Shown: one piece after another, positions 1-10,240 of the stretch
Layout: every line of letters begins with the position of its first letter
Position numbering within the stretch: position 1 is the first letter of the stretch
Origin: Hyalangium minutum
GTDB taxonomy: Bacteria > Myxococcota > Myxococcia > Myxococcales > Myxococcaceae
DNA: 62,000 bases
Assembly (NCBI RefSeq): GCF_000737315.1
Contig: NZ_JMCB01000008.1
Span: 82,001 to 144,000 of the forward strand
Direction: 5' to 3'
Made by a program: the position numbers and the translations under genes
Notes under the pieces: model-generated
Database searches by the model: none
What the model saw: the letters and a program-made list of their open reading frames with translations, nothing else
Told to the model about the DNA's origin: nothing

Positions 1-129
1 AGAGGGGCACCCCCCAAAAGTCAACGCGCCTCCGTTGATGAAAAAACACGGTGGATTTCACCCGGCCGTGACCCGGCCCTGGGCACCTTCCGTGGATCCT
101 CCTAATAACGCTCTGGTACCGTCCATGTA

Positions 130-1047
130 ATGCACGGTTGGCGACTGCGTGTTGGGGTGAGCATCTTGGTCGGCGGGCTCCTGAGCCCTGCCCTGGTCTC
201 GGCTCGGCCGGCCTTCCCCTCGCCCCTCCTCTTCCAGCTGGGGCCCACGAATCCGGAGATCACCCGCGCCCAGGAGCAGATCGAGCAAGGGGACTTCGAG
301 GACGCCGTGAAGACCCTGCAGGCGGGCCTGGACAAGCCGGACGTCACGGATGACCAGCTCGTGGAGCTCTACCGCCTGCTCGGGCTGGCCTCGCTCTACC
401 TGGGCGACGAGGCGCGGGCCCGCGAGGCCTATGAGCGCCTGCTCCAGGCCCGGCCGGACTTCGAGCTGTCTCGCAACGCGCCGCCCAAGCTGCGCAACCT
501 CTACGCGCGCATCAAGGAGGACATCAAGAGCCGGCGCGTCCGCCCCGTGACGCTCACGGTGGACCCCATCCCGGATCCCCAGGGCGGTGAGCCGGTGACG
601 GTGGACGCGCGCATCCAGGACATGGCCCTGGGCGCCAAGGCGAAGATCTTCTACCGGCGCGCCGGCGACCAGGCCTTCAACTCCGTGGACTTCATCCGCG
701 ACCGCTCCACCTCTAATAAGGAGAAGGAGCGCTACCGCGCCACCCTGCCCGCCTACGAGCTCCCCGCCGAGGCCACCGCCTACGAGGTGGAGTACTACTT
801 CGAGGTGGCGGACGCGGCGCAGCGGCGGCTGGCGGGCCGGGGCGACTCCTTCCACCCGCTCGTGTTCCAGGTCCTGCCCCAGCAGGCGGGCCAACCCGCA
901 GCGACTGCCTCCCGCCCTTGGTACAAGAGCCCCTGGCTCTGGGTCGCCGTGGGCGCAGTGGCCGTCGGAGGCACCGCCGCGGGTGTCGCCATCGCCACCT
1001 CCGAGGAGCGCGGCCGCGTCCCCGTCACCATCCGCGTCAATCCATGA
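130..1047 (+). CDS. Tetratricopeptide-repeat protein with N-terminal signal peptide and C-terminal membrane anchor
   Basis: 305 aa ORF with host-like codon usage; TPR-like helices (GDFEDAVKTL..., LGLASLYLGDEARAREAYERLL); hydrophobic C-terminus; stop overlaps the next ATG (ATGA). Confidence 0.8.
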   Translation: MHGWRLRVGVSILVGGLLSPALVSARPAFPSPLLFQLGPTNPEITRAQEQIEQGDFEDAVKTLQAGLDKPDVTDDQLVELYRLLGLASLYLGDEARAREAYERLLQARPDFELSRNAPPKLRNLYARIKEDIKSRRVRPVTLTVDPIPDPQGGEPVTVDARIQDMALGAKAKIFYRRAGDQAFNSVDFIRDRSTSNKEKERYRATLPAYELPAEATAYEVEYYFEVADAAQRRLAGRGDSFHPLVFQVLPQQAGQPAATASRPWYKSPWLWVAVGAVAVGGTAAGVAIATSEERGRVPVTIRVNP

Positions 1048-1550
1048 GCCCGCGTCCTCTTCCGCTTGCTTTGCTGCTCCTCCCGCTCGCCGCTGGCTGT
1101 GGCGAGGACTTCCACCCTGGCACAGCCCGCTTCGGGGTAGACCTCCTCGTGGACAAGGCCGTCGCGAGCCAGCTCTCCGCCTTTCAGATCGCGGTCCTTC
1201 CCAATGGGAAGCAGCGCAACTGCACGGACCTCCAGAGGATGTGCCTGCGCTCGCAGGTGAAGATCGACGAGCTGCTGGTGCTGCACGACGGCAAGGGCGC
1301 CGAGGGCCGCGCCCTCCGCTTCCCGGTGAACCTGACCGGCACCGGCGGCACCACGCAAGACGTCAGCGTGGAGGTGCCCGTGGGCCGCGACTACGCGCTC
1401 GTCATCGAGGCGCTGTCCGTGGACAACCCTCCTCAGTTCCTGGGCAGCTCCTGCAACCGCCTACCGGAGGTCAACGCGAGCCGGAACGATCCGATCCTCG
1501 CCGAGCCCATCACCCTGACCTCCGTGGCGTGCGATCCCACCATCCCCTGA
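1044..1550 (+). CDS. Putative lipoprotein, function unknown
   Basis: ATG at 1044 coupled to the upstream stop; lipobox LAAGC after a hydrophobic stretch; several Cys. Confidence 0.72.
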   Translation: MSPRPLPLALLLLPLAAGCGEDFHPGTARFGVDLLVDKAVASQLSAFQIAVLPNGKQRNCTDLQRMCLRSQVKIDELLVLHDGKGAEGRALRFPVNLTGTGGTTQDVSVEVPVGRDYALVIEALSVDNPPQFLGSSCNRLPEVNASRNDPILAEPITLTSVACDPTIP

Positions 1551-1616
1551 GCCGGGGCCCCGTGCCTGGCCGCCTCCCCGGGGTGCGGCGAGTCTGAACC
1601 AGACACTCTGTGTGGG

Positions 1617-1634
1617 TTTCACATCGCTGTCACA
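1617..1634 (+). promoter_or_regulatory. Candidate Pho box upstream of phoB
   Basis: TTTCACA (1617) and TGTCACA (1628) are direct repeats 11 nt apart, followed about 11 nt later by a TAGTGC -10-like hexamer. Confidence 0.55.
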
Positions 1635-1658
1635 ATGGGATCTGCTAGTGCTAGGGGC

Positions 1659-2339
1659 ATGGCGCGCATCCTGATCATCGAGGACGAGCAGGACCTCGCT
1701 GGACTCGTCGAGTACAACCTGCGCGCGGCGGGGTTCGAGACGGAGACGGCGAACACCGGCGCGGGCGGCCTGGCCAAGGCCCGGGCGCGAATGCCGGACC
1801 TCGTGCTGCTGGACCTGATGCTCCCGGACGTGGCCGGCAGCGAGGTGCTCCGGATGCTCAAGAGCGACACGGAGCTGCGCAAGGTGCCCGTCGTCATCGT
1901 CAGCGCCAAGGGCCAGGAGTCCGACCGCATCCAGGGCCTGGAGCTGGGCGCGGATGACTACGTGGTGAAGCCCTTCTCCGTCCGCGAGCTGATGCTGCGG
2001 GTCAGGGCGGTGCTGCGGCGCTCGGACGCGGACGAGGGCCCTGCCGCCCAGCTCACCGCCGGGGACATCCAGCTGGACACCGCCCGCCACCAGGTGCGCG
2101 TGAAGGGCCAGGAGGTGATCCTCACCGCGCTGGAGTTCCGCCTGCTGCGCACGCTGATGGAGCGCGGCGAGCGGGTGCAGACGCGCGAGGTCCTCCTATC
2201 CGACGTCTGGGGCATCCAGGCGGAGATCCACACCCGCACCGTGGACACGCACATCAAGCGCCTGCGCGAGAAGCTGGGGCCCGCGGGCGATATCATCGAG
2301 ACGGTCCGCGGCGTCGGCTACAAGCTCAACGTGCCGTGA
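1659..2339 (+). CDS. phoB: PhoB/OmpR-family response regulator (PhoP1-like)
   Basis: Receiver domain (IIEDE, LLDLMLP, KPF) plus winged helix (RTVDTHIKRLREKL, ETVRGVGY); adjacent to phoR and the pst genes. Confidence 0.92.
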   Translation: MARILIIEDEQDLAGLVEYNLRAAGFETETANTGAGGLAKARARMPDLVLLDLMLPDVAGSEVLRMLKSDTELRKVPVVIVSAKGQESDRIQGLELGADDYVVKPFSVRELMLRVRAVLRRSDADEGPAAQLTAGDIQLDTARHQVRVKGQEVILTALEFRLLRTLMERGERVQTREVLLSDVWGIQAEIHTRTVDTHIKRLREKLGPAGDIIETVRGVGYKLNVP

Positions 2340-2358
2340 GCGCCTCGCTGGGCTGACC

Positions 2359-3717
2359 ATGCGCAACCTCCTCGTGCCGCTGCTGTTGCCCGCGATGGGC
2401 GTCATCGTGGTGCTGGTCGTCCTGGGGACCCCGGGCAGCGCCATCGCCGCGGCCATGGTGACGATGGCGGGCTTCGTCATCGCCATCGTCGCCAGCCGGG
2501 ACAGCATCCAGCGCCAGCTCCAGGTGCTCTTGCGAAAGACACGGGGCCGCATCGAGGGCACTCCCTCAGGGCCCTCCGTCGCCCAGGAGGAGGACACCTT
2601 GGACGAGGTGGCCCACCTGGAAGGAGCCATCCAGTCGCTCCACTCCCGGTTGACCGCTCAGAACGCCCAGCTCTCCCAGGAGACCCGCACCCTCACCGCC
2701 GTGCTGGACAGCATGATCGAGGGCATCTGGATCACCGACGCCCAGGGCACCGTGGTGCACCACAATGACGCCCTGCGCGAGATGCTCCAGCCAGGCAGCA
2801 CGGGGATTGTCGGCCAGCGCCCCCTCGCCCTCATCCGCAACGAGGAGCTGAACGACGCGGTCATTCGCGCCTGCCGCGAGGGCGCCTCCACCCGCCTGGA
2901 GCTGCAGCTGGAGGGGCTCTTTCCCCGCACGCTCGCCATCCGCGTCACCCCCCTGGGCAAGGACCTGCCGGGCAGCGCCGCCGTGTTTCACGATGTGACG
3001 GAGCTGCGGCGGCTGGAGAAGGTCCGCAAGGACTTCGTGGCCAACGTCTCGCACGAGCTGCGCACCCCCATCACCGCCATCCGCGGCTACTCGGAGACGC
3101 TCCAGAGCGGCGCGCTGAAGGACCCGGAGGTGGCTCCCAAGATGGTGGAGATCATCCACCGCCAATCCGAGCGCCTCTCCGAGCTCGTCGAGGACCTGCT
3201 GGAGCTGTCCCGGCTGGAGTCCCGCGAGGTGAAGCTGAACATCTCCCATGTCCCCATGGCCGTGGCCACGGCTCGGGCCGCGGAGACCGTCCGGCCCAAG
3301 GCGGCGGGGAAGAACATCCAGCTGGAGCTCCACGTCCCCACTGACTTGATGGCCCGAGGAGACGAGCGGGCGGTCGAGCAGGTGCTCCTCAACCTGCTGG
3401 ACAACGCAGTGAAGTACACCCCGCCCGGCGGCCGGGTGGACGTCTTCGGCACATTGGAAGAAGGGCGCTGCGTGGTCCGGGTGAAGGACACCGGGGTGGG
3501 CATCGAACCCAAGCACCTGGCCCGAATCTTCGAGCGCTTCTACCGGGTGGACAAAGGTCGCAGCCGGGACATGGGCGGCACGGGCCTGGGGCTCTCCATC
3601 GTGAAGCACCTGGTCGGGGCCATGGAGGGGGAGGTCAAGGTAGAGAGCCAGCCCCAGGTCGGCAGCCTTTTTGCGATTTTTCTCCCTGTGGCTGCCCCGG
3701 AGGCGGCATCCGGGTAG
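2359..3717 (+). CDS. phoR: PhoR-family sensor histidine kinase (PAS-HisKA-HATPase)
   Basis: FVANVSHELRTP H-box, NLLDNAVKY N-box, DTGVGI, FERFYRVDK, GGTGLGLSIV. Confidence 0.93.
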   Translation: MRNLLVPLLLPAMGVIVVLVVLGTPGSAIAAAMVTMAGFVIAIVASRDSIQRQLQVLLRKTRGRIEGTPSGPSVAQEEDTLDEVAHLEGAIQSLHSRLTAQNAQLSQETRTLTAVLDSMIEGIWITDAQGTVVHHNDALREMLQPGSTGIVGQRPLALIRNEELNDAVIRACREGASTRLELQLEGLFPRTLAIRVTPLGKDLPGSAAVFHDVTELRRLEKVRKDFVANVSHELRTPITAIRGYSETLQSGALKDPEVAPKMVEIIHRQSERLSELVEDLLELSRLESREVKLNISHVPMAVATARAAETVRPKAAGKNIQLELHVPTDLMARGDERAVEQVLLNLLDNAVKYTPPGGRVDVFGTLEEGRCVVRVKDTGVGIEPKHLARIFERFYRVDKGRSRDMGGTGLGLSIVKHLVGAMEGEVKVESQPQVGSLFAIFLPVAAPEAASG

Positions 3718-3729
3718 GATAACGGCACG

Positions 3730-4722
3730 ATGCGGGTCGCTATCCTCGCGGACATTCACGGCAATCTCCCCGCCTGCGAGGCTGTCCTCGAGGACATCGA
3801 GCGGATGGCGCCCGACTACATTGTCGCCGCCGGGGATCTCGCGCTGCGAGGCGCCCACCCTCGCGAGACGGTGGAGCTGCTCGCCGACAAGTGCGACGCG
3901 CTGTTGATGGGCAACACGGACTGCTACCTCGCAGGCAACTACCTGGGCGGCGCCTACCGCGACCGGGACCACTGGAAGACGGAACTGCTCCGGTGGACGC
4001 GAGACCAGCTGGGCGAGGCCCACCTCAAGATGCTCGGCGCCCTGCCCTTCTCCATCCGCTACTCGCCGCGCAAGGGCCAGGACCTGTTCGTCTGCCACGC
4101 GAACCCGAAGAACCTCGAGGAGTCGCTGGACCCCACGCTGGACGAAATGTCCGTGCGCCGCTTCTTCATGCACCTGGACGCGGCCGCCTGTGCCTTCGGG
4201 CACCTGCACTTCCCCTACCGCCGCCGCGTGGGCCGGATGATCATCGCCGACGTGGCCAGCGCGGGGATTCCTCGAGACGGAGACCTGCGTCCCGCCTACG
4301 GCATCTTCACGTACACGCCCAAGGGCTGGCGCGTGCAGATCCGCCGGGTGCGCTACCCGGTGCGCAAAGCCACCCAGGCGCTCACCGCGCGCAAGGTCCC
4401 GGGCGGCCCCATCCTCATCCACAAGCTCGTCGAGGCGCGCTACCGCCACCACCACGCGCTGCTGGAGGCCGCGCGCCGCCACTCGGGCCTGCCACCTCCG
4501 GGCCCCGTGCTGCGTCCGCCTCCGGGTGCGCCCGTTCGCAACCTGGTCACCGAGATGCCTGTCGCGGAGGAGCCGCCCGTACCGCGAGACGAGGCCGAGG
4601 CCGCCGCCCTGCGCCAGGAGGCGGTGGACCCCACGGACCTCGGCCACGCCCAGGCTGCGGCGCTGTCGAACGAGCCCGCGCTCGCCGCACAGCTCGAGAA
4701 CGTCAACGACATGGACGGCTGA
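3730..4722 (+). CDS. Calcineurin-like metallophosphoesterase (position matches M. xanthus Pph2 next to phoP1/phoR1)
   Basis: DIHGN, GDL, GNTD, CHA and FGHLH motifs; Pro-rich C-terminal tail. The Pph2 assignment is from recalled synteny only. Confidence 0.86.
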   Translation: MRVAILADIHGNLPACEAVLEDIERMAPDYIVAAGDLALRGAHPRETVELLADKCDALLMGNTDCYLAGNYLGGAYRDRDHWKTELLRWTRDQLGEAHLKMLGALPFSIRYSPRKGQDLFVCHANPKNLEESLDPTLDEMSVRRFFMHLDAAACAFGHLHFPYRRRVGRMIIADVASAGIPRDGDLRPAYGIFTYTPKGWRVQIRRVRYPVRKATQALTARKVPGGPILIHKLVEARYRHHHALLEAARRHSGLPPPGPVLRPPPGAPVRNLVTEMPVAEEPPVPRDEAEAAALRQEAVDPTDLGHAQAAALSNEPALAAQLENVNDMDG

Positions 4723-4774
4723 CACACAGGCGTCGCTTGCCTGTGTCCGGAGCCAGGGATAGGGACGGCGCTCC

Positions 4775-5269
4775 ATGTCCGTCCACATGCTTCCGTTGAT
4801 GATTGTCCGCCACGCGGTGGCGGAGGATGAACACCCGCTCGGTGACGAGGCCCGCGCCCTCACCTCCGAAGGCCGCGCCGCCTTCCGCCAGCATGCACGC
4901 AAGCTCGCGCGCCTCACCCCACTGACGGGCATCGTCACGAGCCCGCTGGTGCGCGCCGTTCAGACAGCGGAGATCCTCGCCGAGGCCTTCGGCATCGGAC
5001 AGGTGGAGGTGCACGGCGCGCTGCTGCCCCACGCGAACGCGCACAAGCGCATCCTGGAGCTGGCCTTGGAGCTGGGTCAGGGCTGGGCGCTGGTGGGCCA
5101 CAACCCGGGGCTGGCCCGCGCCGGTGCGCGAGCGCTCGGCGAGGAGCTTCCAGACAAACTGCGCAAGGGTACCGTGCTGGCGCTGAACCCTTCCGGCAAG
5201 CGCTTCGAGCTGGCCTGGTTCGCCTCACCCGGGCGGGCCGTGCTGCGCCCCGGCGAGCGCCGCTCCTGA
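4775..5269 (+). CDS. sixA: SixA-like phosphohistidine phosphatase
   Basis: RHAVAE, R.LT.EGR, TSPLVRAVQTAEIL and LVGHNP motifs. Confidence 0.85.
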   Translation: MSVHMLPLMIVRHAVAEDEHPLGDEARALTSEGRAAFRQHARKLARLTPLTGIVTSPLVRAVQTAEILAEAFGIGQVEVHGALLPHANAHKRILELALELGQGWALVGHNPGLARAGARALGEELPDKLRKGTVLALNPSGKRFELAWFASPGRAVLRPGERRS

Positions 5270-5277
5270 GCACCGGT

Positions 5278-5360
5278 TGTCACAGGCCTGCAACACGGCC
5301 GCGCAACCCTGCGAAATCCCAGTGCACGCTTCGTCACGCAGTTGTTTCACCTGCGTCACG
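5278..5360 (+). promoter_or_regulatory. Candidate Pho-box cluster upstream of the second PhoB-type regulator
   Basis: TGTCACA (5278) and TGCAACA (5289) 11 nt apart; CGTCACG at 5332 and 5354, 22 nt apart. Confidence 0.42.
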
Positions 5361-5395
5361 ATGCCGCAAACGGCGAGGACTATCTCTGCGCCGTC

Positions 5396-6085
5396 ATGTC
5401 CCACGTCCTCATCGTCGATGACGAGCGAGATCTCGCCGAGCTCATCGACTTCAACCTGAAGTCGGCTGGCTTCTCCACCCAAGTCGCCTCGACGGGCGAG
5501 GCGGCCCTCTCCGCGGCAAGGCAGCAGCGGCCCGATCTCGTCCTGCTGGACCTGATGCTCCCGGACATGCCCGGCACGGAGGTATGCCGGCAGCTCCGAG
5601 CGGGAGCGAACACCCGGGACATCCTTATCGTCATGCTCACCGCCAAGGGCGAGGAGGCGGACCGCGTGCTCGGCTTCGAGGTAGGCGCGGACGACTACGT
5701 CACCAAGCCCTTCAGCGTCCGCGAGCTGGTGCTGCGCCTGAAGGCCATCCTGCGCCGCAGCGGGGCGCCGAAGGACAGCGTGGCGCCCGTGACGCTCGGA
5801 TCCCTCAAGCTGGACGTGGGCGCCCACCGCTTCTACGTGGAGGGCAAGGAAGTCCCCCTCACCGCGCTGGAGTTCCGCCTCCTGGAGTACTTGATGACGC
5901 GCGTAGGCCGCGTGCAGTCGCGCGAGCAGCTCCTCGAGGAAGTCTGGGGCCTGTCCAGCGCACTCGAGACGCGCACCATCGACACCCACGTGATGCGCCT
6001 GCGCGACAAGCTCGGGCCCGCGCGCACCTCCCTCGAGACGGTGCGCGGTGTCGGCTACCGAATCGTCGACTCCGCTGCCTCCTGA
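5396..6085 (+). CDS. phoB: Second PhoB/OmpR-family response regulator, orphan, heading the porin-pst operon (PhoP4-like)
   Basis: Receiver plus winged helix (RTIDTHVMRLRDKL, ETVRGVGY); clear paralogue of 1659-2339. Confidence 0.9.
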   Translation: MSHVLIVDDERDLAELIDFNLKSAGFSTQVASTGEAALSAARQQRPDLVLLDLMLPDMPGTEVCRQLRAGANTRDILIVMLTAKGEEADRVLGFEVGADDYVTKPFSVRELVLRLKAILRRSGAPKDSVAPVTLGSLKLDVGAHRFYVEGKEVPLTALEFRLLEYLMTRVGRVQSREQLLEEVWGLSSALETRTIDTHVMRLRDKLGPARTSLETVRGVGYRIVDSAAS

Positions 6086-6180
6086 AGAGGCGTGACCCAT
6101 TTGGCACTCGCGCGCCGCGAAACAGCCACAGACACCCCATAAATCGCCCGCGCCGCTATCCACTGGAGTTGCACACCCCG

Positions 6181-7422
6181 ATGAAAAACGTCCTTGTTGC
6201 TCTGATGACCTTGGCCTCGAGTGCCGCGCTGGCGCAGGCCGCCGAGCCGCAGCCGGCCACGGGTGCCACGCCCGCAGCCGAGACCTCCGAGGCCCCCGCC
6301 GCCCCCGCCGCCCCCTCCGTGGAGGAGCGGCTGACCACCACCGAGGGCAAGGTCGCGGCGCTCGAGGAGCAGAACATCGAGACGAAGAACGATCTCGGCA
6401 TCCTCAAGAAGCTCAAGTTCTCCGGCTACATCCAGGCGCGCTACCAGTACCAGCAGACGGACTACGACGAGGCCGCGCCGGAGCTGAAGCTGACGGACGG
6501 CTTCAGCCGCTTCACCGTGCGCCGCGGCCGCATCAAGGCGGCCTACACCGGCGATACGGGCCTGGCGATGATCCAAGTCGACATCATCCCCACGGCGGTG
6601 CAGCTGCGAGACGCGGAGGCCACGCTCTTCATCCCCGGGACCAAGCAGAACCTGTCCATCACGCTGGGCCAGATGAAGGTGCCGTTCAACTTCGAGGGCC
6701 CCTTCTCCTCCAGCGAGCGCGAGTTCCCTGAGCGCTCCCGCATGACGGGCGCCTTCCTCCCGGGCGAGCGGGATCGCGGCGTCCGGCTCAACGGCAAGTA
6801 CGGCGCCCTGCGCGCCGCCGCTGGCGTCTTCGATGGCAACGCCATGAACAACGTGGGCTTCGTCGGCACGGACAATGACAAGGAGAAGGACGTCATTGGC
6901 CGCCTGGGCTTTGACCTGAAGTGGATCTCCGGCGGCATGTCCGGTTGGAAGGGCCTCACCCTGGGCAAGCGCAATGGGGACACTACGCGGAAGGCCTACC
7001 CGCGCACCCGCCTCGGTGCCGACCTTCAGGTCTATCTGGATCTGGTGCCCGTGGGCGGCACGGCCTTCAAGGCGGAGTACGCCACCGGGAAGACCTACCA
7101 GCGCAACAACGTCGAGCAGCTCGGCCTCCCCGCGAGTGGCTGGTGGGCGCAGATCGCCCAGAACATCGGTGTGTCGGACGAGGCGGTCGTCCGCTACGAG
7201 TACTTCGACTACGAGAACGGCCGGCCCGCCCAGGAGAGCGGCAGCAAGCTGGGCGCCAACAACGCCATCGGCACGCTGGGCCTCGCGTACATCCACTACT
7301 TCGGCGAGACCGTGAAGCTCACTGCGGCCTACGAGCTCAACAAGACCGAGACCGTCAAGGACGGCACCGCCGAGGACCCCACCGACAACCTCTTCACCCT
7401 GCAGCTGCAGGCCCGTTACTAG
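6181..7422 (+). CDS. Phosphate-selective porin (OprO/OprP-like)
   Basis: Signal peptide, short coiled coil, FSGYIQARY, F.VRRGRIK, GQMKVPF, RDRGVRL, beta-strand-rich body, terminal LQLQARY; lies just upstream of pstS. Confidence 0.8.
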   Translation: MKNVLVALMTLASSAALAQAAEPQPATGATPAAETSEAPAAPAAPSVEERLTTTEGKVAALEEQNIETKNDLGILKKLKFSGYIQARYQYQQTDYDEAAPELKLTDGFSRFTVRRGRIKAAYTGDTGLAMIQVDIIPTAVQLRDAEATLFIPGTKQNLSITLGQMKVPFNFEGPFSSSEREFPERSRMTGAFLPGERDRGVRLNGKYGALRAAAGVFDGNAMNNVGFVGTDNDKEKDVIGRLGFDLKWISGGMSGWKGLTLGKRNGDTTRKAYPRTRLGADLQVYLDLVPVGGTAFKAEYATGKTYQRNNVEQLGLPASGWWAQIAQNIGVSDEAVVRYEYFDYENGRPAQESGSKLGANNAIGTLGLAYIHYFGETVKLTAAYELNKTETVKDGTAEDPTDNLFTLQLQARY

Positions 7423-7453
7423 TCCTCTCACCTCTCAAAAGGAGAGCCTTCAC

Positions 7454-8275
7454 ATGAAGAAATTCCTCGCGTCATTCCTCGCCGTCTTCCTGCTGGCCCT
7501 CCCGGTGGTGGCCCAGGCGGGCACCGTCACCGTCAAGGGCTCGGACACCATGGTCATCCTCGGCCAGCGCTGGGCCGAGGAGTTCATGAAGAAGAACCCC
7601 AGCACCAAGCTTCAGGTGACGGGCGGCGGCTCCGGCACGGGCATCTCCGCGCTCATCAACGGCACCACCGACATCTGCATGTCCAGCCGCCCCATCAAGG
7701 ACGCGGAGTCCGAGAAGCTCCGGACCCGCTTCAACACCACCGGCACGGAGATCGCCGTCGCCAAGGACGGCGTCACCTTCTACGTGAACGAGAAGAACCC
7801 GCTCACCTCCCTGACGCAGGAGCAGCTCAAGGGCATCTACCTGGGCGACATCACCAACTGGAAGGACGTCGGCGGCCCGGACGCGCCCATCGTCGTCTAC
7901 TCCCGCGAGAACTCCTCCGGCACCTACGTCTTCGTGAAGGACAACCTGCTCGGGGGGGAGGACTACACCGCCAGCGCGCAGACGCTGCCGGGCACCGCCG
8001 CGGTGGTGAACGCCGTCTCCAAGGAGAAGAACGGCATTGGCTACGGCGGCGCCGCCTACGCCAAGGGCATCAAGGAGCTGAAGATCAAGGTGGGCAGCGC
8101 CGAGGTGGCTCCCAGCGCCGAGAACATCAAGAGCGGCAAGTACCCGCTCTCGCGCGATCTGTACTTCTACCTGCGCAACAAGCCCACCGGTGAGGCGAAG
8201 GCCTTCATCGACTACGCCCTGTCGGCCGAGGGCCAGCAGCTGGTCACCAAGGTGGGCTACTTCCCTGTGAAGTAG
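7454..8275 (+). CDS. pstS: Phosphate ABC transporter substrate-binding protein
   Basis: KGSDTM, GGGSGTGI, SRENSSGTY motifs; signal peptide. Confidence 0.95.
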   Translation: MKKFLASFLAVFLLALPVVAQAGTVTVKGSDTMVILGQRWAEEFMKKNPSTKLQVTGGGSGTGISALINGTTDICMSSRPIKDAESEKLRTRFNTTGTEIAVAKDGVTFYVNEKNPLTSLTQEQLKGIYLGDITNWKDVGGPDAPIVVYSRENSSGTYVFVKDNLLGGEDYTASAQTLPGTAAVVNAVSKEKNGIGYGGAAYAKGIKELKIKVGSAEVAPSAENIKSGKYPLSRDLYFYLRNKPTGEAKAFIDYALSAEGQQLVTKVGYFPVK

Positions 8276-8277
8276 GT

Positions 8278-8295
8278 CGTCACACGATTGTCACG
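8278..8295 (+). promoter_or_regulatory. Candidate internal Pho box between pstS and pstC
   Basis: CGTCACA (8278) and TGTCACG (8289) are direct repeats 11 nt apart, overlapping the pstC start region. Confidence 0.48.
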
Positions 8296-9322
8296 CGAGG
8301 CGCTGAGTCAGATGGATAGAGAAGCCGCCATGCAGCAGGGTCTCGCGGAAACCATGGTCGTGCCGCGGCTGTCTCCGGCGGCGCGGCGACGGCAGCTCCG
8401 GGAGAAGGCCATCGCCGGCCTCATCACGGTGATGGCTTTCACCGGCATTGCCGCGCTGGTGCTCATCATCGTCTTCATCGCGAAGGAGGCGCTGGGGCTC
8501 TTCCTGGATGCCCACGCCCGCGAGGAGGCGAGCCTCGCCAAGATGTTCACGGCCCAGCCCACCCGGCCGGGCAAGCCGCTGGCCTACCTCTGGCAACCGG
8601 TGTCCAACGTGCCGAAGGTGAGCATGATCCCGCTCTTCGTCGGCACGCTGAAGACGACGCTCGTGTCCATGCTGGTGGCGGTGCCGGTGGGCGTGGCGGC
8701 CGCGCTGTTCGCCGCGGAGTTCGCGCCCCGGCGGCTGCGCGAGCTGCTCAAGCCCGTCATCGAGCTGCTGGCGGGCATCCCGTCCGTGGTGCTCGGCTTC
8801 TTCGCGCTGATGGTGCTGGCCTCCTTCCTCCAGGACACCTTTGGCTTCACCTACCGGCTCAACGCCGTGGTCGCGGGCCTGGGGCTGGCGCTGGCCATCG
8901 TGCCCGTCATCTTCACCGTGTCCGAGGACGCACTGACTGCGGTGCCTCGCAGCTACCGGGAGGCCTCGCTGGCGCTGGGGGCCACGCCGTGGGAGACCGC
9001 CTGGAAGGTCGTCCTTCCCGCGGCGGCCCCGGGCATCCTCGCCGCGTGCGTGCTGGGCTTCGGCCGGGCCATCGGTGAGACGATGATCGTCCTGATGGCC
9101 TCGGGTAACGCCGCCGTCGTCTCGGCCAACCTGAGTGACTCGGTGCGCTCGCTGTCGGCGACGATCGCCGCGGAGATGGGCGAGGTGGTGGTGGGCAGCC
9201 CTCACTACTCACTGCTCTTCTTCATCGGCGTGGAGCTGTTCATCTTCACCTTCATCCTGAACATGCTGGCGTCCGCCTGGACGAAGCGCGTCCTCAAGAA
9301 GCTCACGGGAGGTGCCGCGTGA
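8288..9322 (+). CDS. pstC: Phosphate ABC transporter permease PstC (start may be ATG 8309)
   Basis: [34 protein letters not shown] motifs. Confidence 0.95.
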   Translation: MSREALSQMDREAAMQQGLAETMVVPRLSPAARRRQLREKAIAGLITVMAFTGIAALVLIIVFIAKEALGLFLDAHAREEASLAKMFTAQPTRPGKPLAYLWQPVSNVPKVSMIPLFVGTLKTTLVSMLVAVPVGVAAALFAAEFAPRRLRELLKPVIELLAGIPSVVLGFFALMVLASFLQDTFGFTYRLNAVVAGLGLALAIVPVIFTVSEDALTAVPRSYREASLALGATPWETAWKVVLPAAAPGILAACVLGFGRAIGETMIVLMASGNAAVVSANLSDSVRSLSATIAAEMGEVVVGSPHYSLLFFIGVELFIFTFILNMLASAWTKRVLKKLTGGAA

Positions 9323-10230
9323 AGTACGGCACACGCCGGACATTGGGCGGCGCCCTGACGTCTCTGACGGGGCTGGCCGCGCTCCTCATCGTGGGGATGC
9401 TCGCGGTCATCCTCTGGGACGTAGTCCGAGGCGGCATCGGCCACGTCACCTGGCAGTTCCTCTCCGAGCCTCCCTCGGACGGCATGATGGGCGGCGGCAT
9501 CTTCCCCGCCCTCTATGGCACGGCGGCGCTGACGCTGCTGATGACGCTGGCGGTGATGCCGATGGGCGTACTCACCGCCGTCTATCTGCATGAGTACGCC
9601 CCGCCCGACTCGCAGCTGGCGCGATGGGTCCGGGTGGCCGTCGCCAACTTGGCGGGCGTCCCCTCCATCGTCTTCGGCCTCTTCGGGCTGGGATTCTTCA
9701 TTCACTTCGTCGGCGGCAGCCTGGATCGAGCGCTCGGATATCAGGAGCTGCACTGGGGCCAGCCCGGCATCCTCTGGGCCTCCCTCACGCTGGCGGTGCT
9801 GACGCTGCCGGTGGTCATCGTCGCCACGGAGGAGGCCCTGCGCGCCGTTCCCTTGGATCACCGCACGGCGAGCCTCGCGCTGGGAGCCACCCAGTCCCAG
9901 ACGCTGATTCGGGTGGTGCTGCCGGGCGCGCTTCCGGGCATCCTGACGGGCGCGGTGCTCGCTGTGTCCCGCGGAGCCGGCGAGGTGGCGCCCATCCTCT
10001 TTACCGGCGCGGCCTACTTCCTGCCGGAGCTTCCCTCGTCGCTGAGCTCGCAGTTCATGCACTTGGGCTACCACACGTACGTGCTCGCCACGCAGTCGCC
10101 GGACGTGGAGGCCACCCGTCCCCTCCTCTACGCCACGGTGCTGGTGCTGCTGATGCTCACCTTCGCCCTCAACCTCATCGCGGTTGTCATCCGGACTCGG
10201 ACTCGCCGGAAGGCCGCGAACGCCCACTGA
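9319..10230 (+). CDS. pstA: Phosphate ABC transporter permease PstA
   Basis: [35 protein letters not shown] motifs. Confidence 0.95.
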   Translation: MKYGTRRTLGGALTSLTGLAALLIVGMLAVILWDVVRGGIGHVTWQFLSEPPSDGMMGGGIFPALYGTAALTLLMTLAVMPMGVLTAVYLHEYAPPDSQLARWVRVAVANLAGVPSIVFGLFGLGFFIHFVGGSLDRALGYQELHWGQPGILWASLTLAVLTLPVVIVATEEALRAVPLDHRTASLALGATQSQTLIRVVLPGALPGILTGAVLAVSRGAGEVAPILFTGAAYFLPELPSSLSSQFMHLGYHTYVLATQSPDVEATRPLLYATVLVLLMLTFALNLIAVVIRTRTRRKAANAH

Positions 10231-10240
10231 GACGCCGTCC

